A stretch of DNA of 64,000 nt, from positions 20,522,001 through 20,586,000 of the forward strand of contig JAQFVV010000005.1 of NCBI GenBank assembly GCA_028023455.1. The letters are read 5' to 3'. Origin of the DNA: Epiperipatus broadwayi (taxonomy: Eukaryota > Animalia > Onychophora). Of this stretch, positions 35,739 through 48,176 are shown piece by piece. Position numbers and translations under genes: made by a program. How positions within the stretch are numbered: the first letter of the stretch is position 1; every line of letters begins with the position of its first letter. The notes under the pieces are model-generated. The model saw nothing but the letters and a program-made list of their open reading frames with translations, made no database searches and was not told the DNA's origin.

Positions 35739-36091
35739 AACAAACACAATCACAAATTATCCAAAAAAAGCAAAACAAAAGACCAGCCTATTCCTATACA
35801 CAAATATATTTGTGGTACACAGATTGATTTGTAGCATCATAGCAAAACTCATTTCCAGTATTATTTTGTCTTTATCTTTTTTATTGGAAATTGGAGCAAC
35901 CTAAGCAAATATCTGCTGCTGATATTCAAGTCTCAAAGTTTTAAAATGTAAAAAATGGACTTTCTATGTTTATGAAATCAAAACAGGCAAAACTCTTCAT
36001 ACAGTAGTGCCACTCAGTGCCAACCAGAGTAATCAATGGATGCCAGAAGGCATGTGCATAAAATCTCGTATCTAGTGCTTCTCATCCAATA

Positions 36092-36133
36092 TCCCCAGAC
36101 TAATTTCTGGCTTGTGGCCTTCATCAGTGAGGA
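36092..36133 (-). ncRNA. Type I hammerhead ribozyme motif (family 1)
   Basis: Minus strand TCCTCA-CTGATGA-A-GGC-CACAA-GCC-A-GAAA-T-TA-G-TC-TGGGGA. Stem I is 6 bp and extends via TCCAA/TTGGA. Predicted cleavage after GUC (plus-strand 36098-36100). Confidence 0.75.
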
Positions 36134-36497
36134 GCTTTGGATCTGAGACCACTCTTAGGATCTAATGTATTGATTACTCTGGTTGGCACTGAGTGGCACT
36201 ACTGTATGGAGAGTTTTGCATGTTTTAATAACAGTTATGGGCTAGCATAAGAAATGGTGATCATGTGATGTTTAGTAGTTTAACACCAATCCTGCCTAAT
36301 AGGATAGTGGTGGTTATGGTTGTTAAAGAGCCAAAGACACCAAAATGTATGGGGACTGAACTGAGTTCAGACCCATATGACTATATAAGCTATTGAGCTT
36401 AGATTGAAAATATTAAGGTGTTTTCAACTTTATTATCATGGTTTTGTAGTTAAGTAGAGATAAAAGCTGGCTGCTGGAGGGTTGCATTAGATCCTAA

Positions 36498-36591
36498 GAT
36501 CTAGGTGCAGTGCTTTCAGATCCAAAGCTCCTCACTGATGAAGGCCAAGCCAGAAACTAGTCTGGGAATATTGGATGAGTAGGCACTAGAT
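36498..36591 (+). ncRNA. Type I hammerhead ribozyme motif (family 1) with extended stem I
   Basis: CTGATGA 36535-36541, stem II GGC/GCC, GAAAC 36553-36557, palindromic ACTAGT stem III, GTC 36560-36562. Stem I TCCTCA/TGGGAA continues with TCCAA/TTGGA and ATCTAG.TGC/GCACTAGAT. Confidence 0.8.
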
Positions 36592-37015
36592 GGGGATTTA
36601 TGCACAAGCCTTCTGGCATCCATTGATTACTCTGGTTGGCACTGAGTGGCACTACTGTATGAAGAGTTTTGCCTGTTTTAATAACAGTTATGTGCTAGCA
36701 TAAGAAAAGGTGATCATGTGATGTCTAGTGGTTTTCATGAAATTAAGTTTGAACTTTTTTTTTATTTGTTTCATCAATATTTTTTTCTTTTAGAAATGAA
36801 TTTTTGTTTAATACAGAAAATAATATCACAAAGTTCAATCTCACCAATTGATTCAGTGATAAAAACGACTGGAGAGTAAAAAGTTTTTGAATTAATCTTA
36901 ATAGAAATAGTCTCATTTGTGTACTTAAAAATGGCTCTTTTGATCATACATACTATGACAATAAAATATAACTTGAAGTCTAAAGAGAGTTACTATAACT
37001 GTTGAAATGATATGT

Positions 37016-37090
37016 AAAATTTCTGAATATAAAACATGAATAATTGTATGTATAATTTCTGAATATAAAACATGAATAATTGTATGTATA
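37016..37090. repeat. 36-bp tandem duplication
   Basis: aatttctgaatataaaacatgaataattgtatgtat twice (ttct at 37021 and 37057). Confidence 0.9.
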
Positions 37091-38029
37091 TTAACCTTTC
37101 TACTTGAAGAAAGGTGGAATTCTAGGAAGTAGAAGAAAATATATATGATAACTGTCCTTATTGCAGATGTCATATGATATTTTTTGCCAATAATATAAAT
37201 GATATGAAGATATTATAGATTATTACTAGAGAATTTACAAGAAATTCAAATACAGGAAGTGACATAGAAGCATCACAATCTAGAACTCTGAATTCCAAAA
37301 CCTACAAGATAAGTGAGCAAAGATAGAATAAATGTTTAAATTGAGTAAGGAATAACCTTAAATATTACTATTTAATGGTAAGGGTAAAATTGAAGAATAA
37401 AAAAATAAGAGATATTTGTTTTGATGACATGGAGAGAAATAAATATTTAAATGTTTTATTAACTAAAAAAAAGAAAAGAAATTATATAAGCAATTGGGAA
37501 TTAGAATTGAGAGAAAGATAAGAAGCAGAATGGGATTGGTTAAAAACTTGGCTTGTTTTTTCACACAGGAAGTAGAATAATTTGGAAAAGATCCATGGTG
37601 CATTATTAAATATTTGGAAATGAGACATTTTATTTTAGTTACGAGAATCAGAAATTTTAACATATTTAAAAAAAGATAACCTGATGTACATTTGGGGGTG
37701 AATTGTAGACAATAAACATATCTATCCAAAATGGGATAGATTTGTTTGGCTTTTTTAAATAAAAGAAATTAAATGGGAATTAAAAGTGTTTGGAACAATA
37801 CAAGAATAAAAATAGAGGAGTAAAAATAGTGTTTCATTGTAAAGAGCAACAAACACAATATACAAAATCAATAGAGAATTATTTACATTTATTTATGGTA
37901 TGTGTAGAAAAAATATTCATTGTCACCCATTATTTACAACTATTATCAATTCACTTTGGAATTAAGGTCTATCCAATTTATTTGATTCATAGCCTTTATT
38001 TTTGAGAGCATATAGAAATTTTTATAATT

Positions 38030-39560
38030 TTATATATCCTTCTTATATGTGACCTCTTTCTACGTTTTTTTGCAAAATCGTGGATTCAATTAAAAATTCA
38101 ATTGCCCATTTATTATCATCTTTTCCAAAAACATGTCCAGACCAGCTCAATTTAGTAACTTAATTCTTTTAATAATATCAGTGATATAGTTTGTTTTCTC
38201 ACCCATCTATTTCATTTTTGATATCATCTTGTTACTTCTAAGATTGAATGGCATGAAGTCTCTATATTTATCTTCTGTTAAGTGACCAAGTTTCAGATAT
38301 ATAACTAATAATTAATAAAAGATATATATTAAAAAATCCTTTCCAAATCCATGGGTATATTTCCTTTTGATACTAAGTTCTTTCTATCAAAAGTATTCCA
38401 TTTGAGTTTAATTCTATAATTAATTTCATCCATTTTGTTTCCATATGTATTAACAATCTTGATAAGGTATTTGTAATTATGAACTTATCCTCATTCATGA
38501 TTAGATCAATCTTCATTTTCTTTAATTAATCCTAATTTCTTGCTTTCATTGCAACATTTCCTAAAATTCTGACATATTATTTCCATAAACAGCCAAATGC
38601 TATACAAAATCTAGATGATTTACATAATCTTCATTTACTTTTACTCTCTTAGCTTTCCATTTTAATCTGCAAAATACTTCTTGTAAAATTTCTGTAAAAA
38701 TTTTTTGAGATATGGAATCACCCTGCTGACATTTTTCTAGATGTTAATTTTCTGAGTATCATTATGTAATATAATCAGTGATGATATATTTTGATAAATA
38801 TTCTTTAGAATATGAATATCCTCAGTCCATATCTTGATGATCCAATACTTTAATCATTGCAGAAATGCTTATAATCTTAAATGCTTCTTCCTAATCTACA
38901 AATCTAAAGCATAATGGTAACTCATATTTATTAGTTCTTTCTATAACTTCTCTCAATACATGGTTGTGATCCACTAAAATTGTTTTTAAATCCATCCTTG
39001 TTCTTGGGATAGGTTAAAATCCAGAGTTAGCTTTAGATGAGTTGTAATTATCTTGGTAAATTTTTTATATAGAACTGATAGAAAAATGATAGGTCTGTAA
39101 ATTCTATTGACTTCTTTATCATCTTTCTTAAATATCAATATTATTACTGCATGTATTTCAATCATCTGATATGCCTTTATCATTTAGATAATTAGTATAT
39201 AACTTTGCCAATAATTTTGCTACTTTTCAGTTGTTTCTTTTAAGATATTGATTATAATTCCATCATTACTTGAAGCTTTCCCCATCTTTGTGGATTTAAT
39301 TGCATTTCATTTCTTTATATAAAATGATAGACAACTTACAAGATTTAGCATTTATAAGGGGTACTTTATTTTTTTTTGTTTATTGCTATATAATTTTTTT
39401 ATAGAACTCTTGCACACATTTCATGATATCATCTATCATTTTAGTAATAGTTCCATCATGTCTTATTCATTTCATAGTCAGCCATATGGTCCTCCACATG
39501 ACAGTAAGCTGGTTTTCTGTTGATGTGAGAATAGCTAATAAATATAATATTAAAAAATTA
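38030..39560 (-). mobile_element. Older, longer decayed RTE LINE, same family type as 26240-26751
   Basis: IYRPIIFLSVLYKKFTKII..L...LD....EQG (RT start) and LSWSGHVFGKDDNKW (C-terminus) on the minus strand. Many stops. Confidence 0.85.
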
Positions 39561-41869
39561 TAAAGAAAATTAGGTGTTGATTTAGTATGTGCTCACAGCC
39601 ATTATTTTGAATTACAAAAATGACCCCAAACCATGCTGACACATCCAACTGATAAATGACATCGATCAAAATGGCCATTTTCATAAAAAAAAACTCAAGT
39701 TTTGTAAAAAAACAAACAAACCAATTTTCGTAGTTATAATTGGAAATGGTCATGAGCGCATACTAAATCAGCACCGAAAGGTGAAAATTATATAAAATAG
39801 AATAAATAGCTTAAAATAAAGTATTAAATGTAATATTAATAGATAATGTTTTAATTCTGGAATAAATTATTAAATGTCATATTTTAAATAATATAAAAAG
39901 TTTGTTAAAAGTGTTTAAATTTAAGAGAAAGTGATAAATTATATAAGCTATGTTAAAATTATTGCTCTTACTAAAGATTAAAAGAATGCATGGAATGTAT
40001 AGAAAAACAACTTACTTAAGTATACTTGGTTTAAAAGAGATAGATTTTAAATAATTAGATTAAAAATAAGTCCTTTAAATAACTAGGTTAAAAATAAGTT
40101 AATAAAAAGATTAATCCTGTTTTGAGATATAAGATTTGAAAACAAGGGAAAAATTCAAGCAATTTAATAATAACAGAGTTTTGAAAATTCAATCAATTAA
40201 ATAATGATGGTGTTTTGAAAATTTATGTAATTAAAATAAAATGAACTCATAAAGGTGTTAAAAATAAGAGATTGTCAAAGGTGTTAAAAACAAGAGATCA
40301 AATATGTATTTATATAATCACTTTTTCTTGAAATTGATCAGTCTGGGTTTTGCTTTAGTGGCATCAAACTTTTATGAAAATGATCGAGTAGAAAAGAGAA
40401 GAATCCACCAACTGTCTGAAATCAAATCTGCATACCTAGTGAATCTGACCCAGCTATTTAGAAGAAATCCGTTCCCAAAATGAAGAAAAAATGCTTAAAC
40501 CTCAAATTTCAAATATAGGAGATTGATAAAGGACATTATAGCAACTTGTAAAGAAAGAAATATGATTATAAATGGATTCAATTAATGCATGACATCATGG
40601 GAGAAATATTAACCCTCAAACATTTTCACAATGAACTATAGAAAATTCCAGCTACAAAATTTTTGTTGCATAAGTTTAAAAAAAAACTGTTTATCAATTA
40701 GTTTATTCTATTATCAATAGAATTGGTGTCTCGGGTATTTGTTGATAGGAAAGGTAGGATAGGTAACATCCTAACATATTAATCACTTTAAGTTTTATTT
40801 TATGATCTCTTGGTATATATTAAATTCTAACAAACTATATTTTATTATACATAAAGTGTTAATATGATATATTATTTAATTGATTGATTAAAGGAAGAAA
40901 TGAATGTTGTTGTTTTTTTAAATCAGCATTTGCTTTTAAGTAGTTATAAATACTCAAACTGCATTTTAAAACAAAGAAAATGCAAAATTCACTTAATCTT
41001 TTATTATATATGTATGTTTAGCTAAAATTTTATCTACATTAAAAAATAGTGTTTTTTTCATGTAGAAATTGTCTGAAAATATGTAAAGTTGCATAAAATA
41101 ATCAGGATATAATATTCATTTTAAACAAAGAAGATGATTATAAAATATTTAATGTGAAGTGTCCATATATTAAAATAACAAATTGTAGAATAATTATTAA
41201 AGTTTTAAGTTAAACTAGAGATTTATTATGAAACTTGATTGCATTTGATTTGTATATGAATTAACCCACATTTTGATTACCATGAATTAGATTTTATGTA
41301 CGTAGAAGTTATAATATAAACATAATTGCTAGCTAACTGTATGTGGTGAATTTATTCACAGTTGTGCTTTGTAAATTCACGATAGGATGCCAGAGAATCC
41401 ACCTCACATAATTTGACTGAGTTATTATTATTTAAATTCAAAATCAAGTTCAAAATAGATATCTCTTTAATTAAGTTGAGTAATTATTAAATCAGAATTC
41501 AAACCTAAAGCAATCACTCTCTAGAATTAACATTGTAAGAAACATAACCCCATATTGAATATATGTGCGTGATTATGCTAAGAAGCTAATGATACGAATA
41601 AATATATTTTATCTGTGAGTCAGTCATTCATAGAATCATATCCAGGATGTATTAAAAGTTAGAGATTTACTCTGAGTGTGATCGATCATAGAACTACATG
41701 ATTATACTATGTAATTGAAAGATTAATGTTTAAAATGAATCAAAATAAACTTTGGACATTTAATACATAAATATTATTTTTTTCCACTGTGCATGTGAAC
41801 TAAAAATTAAAATATAGTGAAGAAATGTTTTAATAAAGCAATTATTACCATTAAATTATAATCAATTAT

Positions 41870-42084
41870 GATAATGTGGACCAACTGATGAGTGCTGGTT
41901 TAGCATGAAATACTTATATTGGTGATTATTTATCTTTTCGACATGTGTGTGATCAAGTGTATCAGCAGTATGAGATAGCATGAATAGTTGAGGGTCATGT
42001 GAAAGACTGAGTTCAAACCCCCTATATATTACATATTGGAGTGCAGGTATGAAAAAGCCTGTACTGTAGAAAAAATTCATATAT
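41870..42084 (+). mobile_element. HHR family 2 retroelement (~215 bp) with intact ribozyme core
   Basis: 11-bp TSD taatcaattat (41859-41869 / 42085-42095). Colinear with the 25178 and 34621 copies. Confidence 0.88.
41880..41923 (+). ncRNA. Type I hammerhead ribozyme motif (family 2)
   Basis: ACCAA-CTGATGA(41885-41891)-GTGCT-GGTTT-AGCAT-GAAA(41907-41910)-T-ACTT-A-T-A-TTGGT: 5-bp stem I, 5-6-bp stem II, NUH = AUA. Confidence 0.82.
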
Positions 42085-42439
42085 TAATCAATTATAAAGA
42101 AAATTGTTCTAAATTTTTATGATATAGTCTGTAATGTAAGCTTGTTTAAGGAAAAAGAACTATATATCTTGCTTGACACTTATAAACTATTGTTTGTTAT
42201 TTGTTTAAATAGTATGTTAACTGTCTGGTCTGCATATTAATTCTATTTCATCAAGAGTAGCTTATGTTGTATGTGATTTGGCCTGCTATTGCAAATAGGT
42301 TGTGTAGTGGTCATCATTATGACATTTTAAAGAAAATATTTTGAATTCTCTTAAAATATGTAAATAATGAATATGGGTCATATTTTGACATGTTTAATGT
42401 CAGATGGTGCTGAATATATTAAAATAAATTAAACATATA

Positions 42440-42925
42440 TAAGCTGTCCATTACACCTCTGTATTATTTCAATCATCTGATATATCTTTATTATTTAGAC
42501 AATTAGTATATAACTTTATCAATAATTTTTTCTATTTTTTCACCTGCTTTTTTAATATATCAGTTATAATTCCATCATTACCTGGATCTTTTCCTGTCTT
42601 CATAGATTTAATTGTATGTCTCATTTCTTCATTTAAAATGATGGGCAATTCAGAAGACGTAGCAATTATAGTGAATATTTTGTTTCCTTGCTCTTTATTG
42701 CTATATAATTTTTTTATAGAATTCTTCCATACATTTCATGATATTGTCTATGTTTTTAGTAATAGTTCCATCTTTTCTTCTTATTGATGAAATATTTCTC
42801 TTTCCAACATCAAGATACTGTTTTATATTTTTGAGACTTTAACTCTTTTATATATTTTTTTTGTCAATTCACAATTATACTTTCTTATATCATTAACTAT
42901 TTTTCATACTATTTTATAAAACTTT
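42440..42925 (-). mobile_element. Decayed RTE LINE fragment (linker and RT N-terminus)
   Basis: K.GK.PG.DGI motif (reverse of ttataattccatcattacctggatcttttcctgtctt). Homologous to 39200-39480. Confidence 0.75.
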
Positions 42926-42929
42926 AGAT

Positions 42930-43030
42930 CAGGGGTGTCAATGATCCACAGGGAGTGCATGTGCTCAGGGTGGCTATGAATATGACCCAATACAAAATTG
43001 TAAATTTATGAGATTTTTTTGTGATTATAT
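42930..43030 (+). mobile_element. hAT (Charlie-like) non-autonomous element end fragment
   Basis: Begins CAGGGGTGTC and continues ggctatgaatatgacccaatacaaaattgtaaatt, resembling Charlie/SPIN-type MITE ends from memory. No second TIR found. Confidence 0.45.
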
Positions 43031-43139
43031 GTCAGATAAGACTAAAATATTTGTAAAAATGCTTTTACATATAATGTTAAATATCCCACTACATAAACCA
43101 GAAATCATGCTGAAAAGGGAATAGGGTAGTATCTCATGG

Positions 43140-43920
43140 GAATTTAATAAGCACTATTATCATCGAGTATTCAAGTGTCCAATAAGTATGAAAATTGGAA
43201 TAATGTAAATAGAGTTTTCTCCTGAAAAGCATTGTGTAAATTGTAGTCATGTATTGTTTTTTGATTTTTATACTAATTCTGACCAAAAGGTAGAGCTGTA
43301 TAGACAGGGTATATAAAATATATAGATTCTAAACAGGTCTTTGACTTATATAACTCTACATGTTTTCTTGGCTTAGGTTCAAAGTATTAAAATGTTTTTG
43401 GAATTTTGGGATGATAGTTTGATAATAAAATTAAAAAAAAAACAAGTACAAGATGGCTTCTAGATGAATGAAATACAAAAAATCAAAGTGTACTAGTTCC
43501 TGGTAAAACTCTTCACTAGGATGTAAGTCAGAAATTAACATTGGATAGGAATTAAGTAAGCGCTACCATCTAACACCTATTGTTTGTACAAGCTTACATC
43601 AGATGGCAAAACTGGAATGTTATAAATCAAGTTTGCTTTTTTTGATTTTACACCAATCACAATCAAAATTTTGAGATGCATATAGGTTTTAAAAATAAAT
43701 GAGATCATAACATGTAAATAGTTGCTGAATTGGTGGGTGAGATCTTTATAACTATGCAAGCAAACTGGTTTGGATTTAAAGTACAAAAATATCTTTAAAA
43801 TTTGACTGGTAGTTTAATATAGAAAAATACACTAGATCCTCAAAATCAGGGTGCACTAAATTCAAATCAAAACTCTTCACTGATGAAGTTCATAAGCCAG
43901 AAACCATTCTGGAAATAAGG
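43140..43920 (+). mobile_element. Old, diverged tandem (~2 units, period ~370 bp) related to HHR family 1
   Basis: aaaactcttcact recurs near 43506 and 43869, and ttttttgatttta near 43258 and 43637. 43834-43918 aligns to the family 1 HHR region (CTGATGA at ~43880, GAAAC at ~43900) with decayed stems. Confidence 0.6.
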
Positions 43921-46560
43921 TATTTAATAATCACTATGTCAATAATTATTTGCACTTGCAATAGGTTTTATAACACACCTGTTCAAAAGATAAGTATGCA
44001 TACAATTATTAATGCCAAAAACTAGTATGAGGATATAGCTAAGCTCTGGATAGGAATTTAGTAAATATTATGATCTCATATCAAATGATTATTCAAGATT
44101 CTAAGAGGAGACAGAACTGATTTGTCTAAGCTGATCATAGGATTTATTTTTTTGGTTTTGTAAGAGAATTTTCATTTAAACAATTTCTGGCATTTTTTTA
44201 AGATGGACCAAAAATCTTAGAAACATGTGTGCAAGTACAGATTTTCTTTGATACATATCAATGAAGGAACTAAGTAACAAAGTAATAAGACAAAACAATA
44301 GCATTTAATCATCACTGGAGATAATTTACCACTGTTTGCCACCACTTATTCCAACATTAGAATTTTACTTTATAAATAGTGATTCTTTTTAATAGTGTAG
44401 GAATGAAAATAAACAACCACATGTCTTTTCCATTTTAGAGTAAAGGAGTTCTAGGAGGTAGGGGCTTCTCTAATCTTAAAAAAGATTATTTAAAATTCAG
44501 GAAAATATGTCAGTAAAATCTGAGCAATTATGACTTCCAAGGAAGAGTTCGGGATAGAAACCGATCTGTGAGTCATGGATTGGAATATTCTCATGCAATC
44601 ATTAGCATAATCAGGTATTACAACATCTTCTAAAGTAAAACTAATTAAATGGTTTGTTGTTTAGAGGTTCATTGATTTTGACTATTGAAATGAACAGTTA
44701 AACTTTGATTTAGAAACATTTCACTTTCAAATTTATTTTACCACGATTGAATTAAATCACGGGGGGGGGGGTAATCAACTGACTTGTTGCTCAGATGATC
44801 ATGTGATAATTAGGCCTATAAATGAGTGTTGATTTAGATACTTTTAGCTCTCGAGTCCATCACTCTATCTCTACACTAAACCACCCATTCTCCAACTTTG
44901 ACAGAAATCTATGTTTCACTTTTGGTAGTTGTTATGTAACCCATTTTAATTCTTTACATTCATTCTTTTTCAGATTCCTGAGTCTTTCATCATAAAAAAA
45001 ACATTTTGGTAAAGATGGGACTTATAAAATTGACATTCATACAAAAGAAATCATGCTAAATTTTTGAAGCATGTTATATGCAAGAAAATGCTTCCATAAA
45101 ATGCATTTCAAATCTTTACATATTCCTAGTTCTTATATATTTTAAGGTGCAAATCTATTTCTTGATTACATAATATTCAGCAAAAAGATCATGATGCTTG
45201 GATCATTCTATCTTGTGCCATGCAAACATTTACTGTAAAATATGTTTACATTAGACTGATTAGAAGTGTAAATTTTATCTTTTATTCAATACATGTATAT
45301 CTATCCAAGTGCTTAAAATATCTCTGTCCTTTAACGTGATATCAGACATAAAGTGAAGTAAGGATAAGGCAAGAAGTATCTGGAATTCTAAATCTTTATG
45401 AGCACTAAAAACTGGTCCAATGCTCAAGTGTAGAGGATTAGAATGTGTTCATAGTTTGGCCCTTCACATTTGATTTGAGATATTTAAAATCTCATTAATG
45501 AAAAATTGAATTATGGAAGATCAGAGTTGTTCTTAGTCTAACCTTCCACCATGAAAAAAATTTGCCACTGGCATAACTTTTAGGGTTTGTAGTTCATACA
45601 AGTCCCCTTGTCTGATTGGTACTCTTGAAAAGATTTGAGAAGGTGAAAATGTGAAGGACGAATGTTAAAAAGAAATACGGAATTCTTTCAACGATCAACA
45701 TTTTTTTTATTTAAGCGTTTATAACAGCTCATCTTACTGGAAATATTTCACCACGCTTTTAAATTAATTTTTTAAAATAATAAAGGTATAATAAAGTAAT
45801 TACTAACAATTAAAAATACATATTAAAGATAACAACAATAACATTTTAAAATAATAATTTCTTCATAAATCATCATTAGTTAATGAAGAAATAATCGTGT
45901 TAGAGTATTAATTTAAAACATCATTAAATTAGTAAAATAAAATTTGCAGAAAAGAAAGAAAAAACGCATTGTCTTTAGCAAGCCGAAGTATTAAACTGAT
46001 AATGGATTAAAATTATATACTTTTAATAAGTTGATTATTCTCTCCTCTTTTATTTTTTTATTGTATTATAAACTTTTTAATTATTTATCCGCATTAACTA
46101 AAATGCAAATTTATTGTTAATTAAATTTTCAACTTTTGCTTAATAAACAATTACATTATTTAGAACAGACGTTTAAAATGTTAGATAACAAAAGTTAATT
46201 AGTTATTCTACTTTAATTGCTATTTTCAATTAATAAAAACAAGTTAGAACTGAATGTGCGCATTACGTCAGTATTTACAATAAATTATTTCTGCCAGTAT
46301 AACTCGTGCTTTCATTTTCTTTATATCATTTCTTGCAGGGTGACGTCCTTTAATTAATTCTAACATTTCCGATCTGTAGCCTTTTCCCTCCAATCGCTCA
46401 AATATCTTTTTATAGGTCTTTAAAAATTATATAACAAAACACTAGACTTTGTTAACTTGCATAATATGTAACAAAATTTGGGCAGCTCCCTACTCTAATG
46501 CCATCTATAGTAAGCTTGAGTAATCAGTGATTGCAAAATAGTAGTGTATTTAAACCTCCT

Positions 46561-48176
46561 CCAGATCCGTTTGGGGATTTTGTCTTTATTAATGAAGTTT
46601 GGGATTCAAAGCTGAAAGTAATACAGTTAGATACCTAGCAACCACCTTTAATTCCATTTTGCTAACCAAGCTAAAGACACTAATAAATGAAATTTACCTG
46701 CCCCAATTGGGAGTTTCAATAAAGGTCATTGCATTTATAGATGATCTTATAATAATTTTTGAAAACTTTTATAATATTGATGTTGTAATGAATATAATCA
46801 GAAAATTTCAGCAGGCAACTATTAATTCAAGTAAATAAATCAGCAGCTTGGCAATTGGCAACAGGGAAAAGAATTCCCAATGGGTTTGTACCCTGCCTAA
46901 GTCCTTCGTTTGGCCTTCCATTATATTTATCAAAAACTAAGATAAATGGACTATTAAACCAATTAGTCACAAGGAAAATAGAGGAAAGAATTAATGGTTT
47001 TACACCTTTTAAACTCTATGAAATAACTAAAACCAAAATATTTAATGCAATTGCAATGGGAGTGCTAGGATATTGCGGCCCATGGTTAAAATTATATAAT
47101 AAATCAAATGTAAAGATTATACAGATAGCAAAAAAAATTCATATGAGGAAAGAAAACTTATCTCCTCTCTATCTCACTTTTACAGCTTCCAATAAATAAG
47201 GGTGGTCTCAATTTAATTGACCCAAAAGCTTATGTTTGATTTATTATTGCTAAAGCTTATATGAATGTAGCCAAAGATCGGTCATTTAATCTCTCAAATA
47301 GTGACATATTTATTATTAACGGATTGGGAGCTGAAAAAAGATTGTATCTTACTGATATGTTGATGACATATAAAGATTTGCAAGATGAACTTGATGTAAC
47401 CACCTAGATGGTATTAGATATAAAGATTTAAAAAAAGCAAATTACCAAAAATGAAAATAATTGGTTGAGCTGTTCAATAAAAAAAGTTTTAAAAAAATTT
47501 CACTCAATATATACTCATCAGACATCAATGAGATTTATTTTTAAGTTAATCAATGGGATCCTACCTATATTAATAAAAGACTGGGATTGAGTTCGAATGA
47601 AACCTGTATTATGTGTAACAGGGACAGTGAAACTTTTATGCACTTGTTTGAAGATTGCTACGCCTTTAGAGAAATTAGAATGAAGGTCTTTCACAGGTCT
47701 ATAATAAATCTCAAATATCTTATGAAAAAACATGTTATAACTTCAACTCACAAGTGCGAATGTAATGATCCATACATTGAAATCATTGTGGGCAATAAGA
47801 TGTTCACTTTTATTTGATAATAAGAAATTCAATTGGTTAAAAAAATGGATAAAGATTGGGAGAACTACTTTAACTTATGCCTAAAATATTGGCCCAAAAA
47901 AACCTTTCAACATGTATGGGGAGGAATTGCTCTCTCCAAATGTGAAATCTGGGAGTAAAACATATGTTGTTGTTGTTAAAGAAAAAGGGTCTAAATCGTA
48001 AGCAGTGCCAATTAACAGCTGACGGGAAAGTTAAGTGAACATGATGCAATGTGTATAATGGACAAGTGAAGAATAATACTGTTCCTTTTTTTTTGTTTTT
48101 GTTTGAACTAGAAATTTATTTTATAATTAAGTAAATATGTTGTGTTTTAATAAAGTTTATTACTTAAAAAAAAAAA
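46561..48176 (+). mobile_element. 5'-truncated, decayed L1/Tx1-like LINE with poly(A) tail
   Basis: KVIAFIDDLIIIF (RT catalytic motif); CIMCNRDSETFMHLFEDC (C-terminal CCHC); AATAAA at 48149 and A11 at 48166-48176. Tentative TSD around aaacctc (46552 / 48182). Confidence 0.85.

Larger units (their letters stand above)
35980..36733. mobile_element. HHR family 1 fold-back insertion: 0.4-monomer antisense arm plus 1.25-monomer sense arm (monomer 453 bp)
   Basis: Starts aaaacaggcaaaactc and flips at ~36168. The marker tgattactctggttggcac recurs at 36171 and 36624 (period 453). Ends gtctagtggt. Degenerate TSD tttatgaaatca / ttcatgaaatta (35969-35980 / 36734-36745). Confidence 0.92.

Noticed and set aside
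37300-37950. Possible L1-like RT remnant (FDD and LGV-like words)
   Set aside because: The motifs are too degenerate and not in a consistent frame.
44490-45580. Possible minus-strand exons (MPVANFFHGG / IGPVFSAHKDLEFQILL... / DVVIPDYANDCMRIFQ...) near the CpG patch at 45650-46420
   Set aside because: One acceptor is a weak GAG, the peptides are unrecognised and the chain cannot be completed; RNA-seq is needed.
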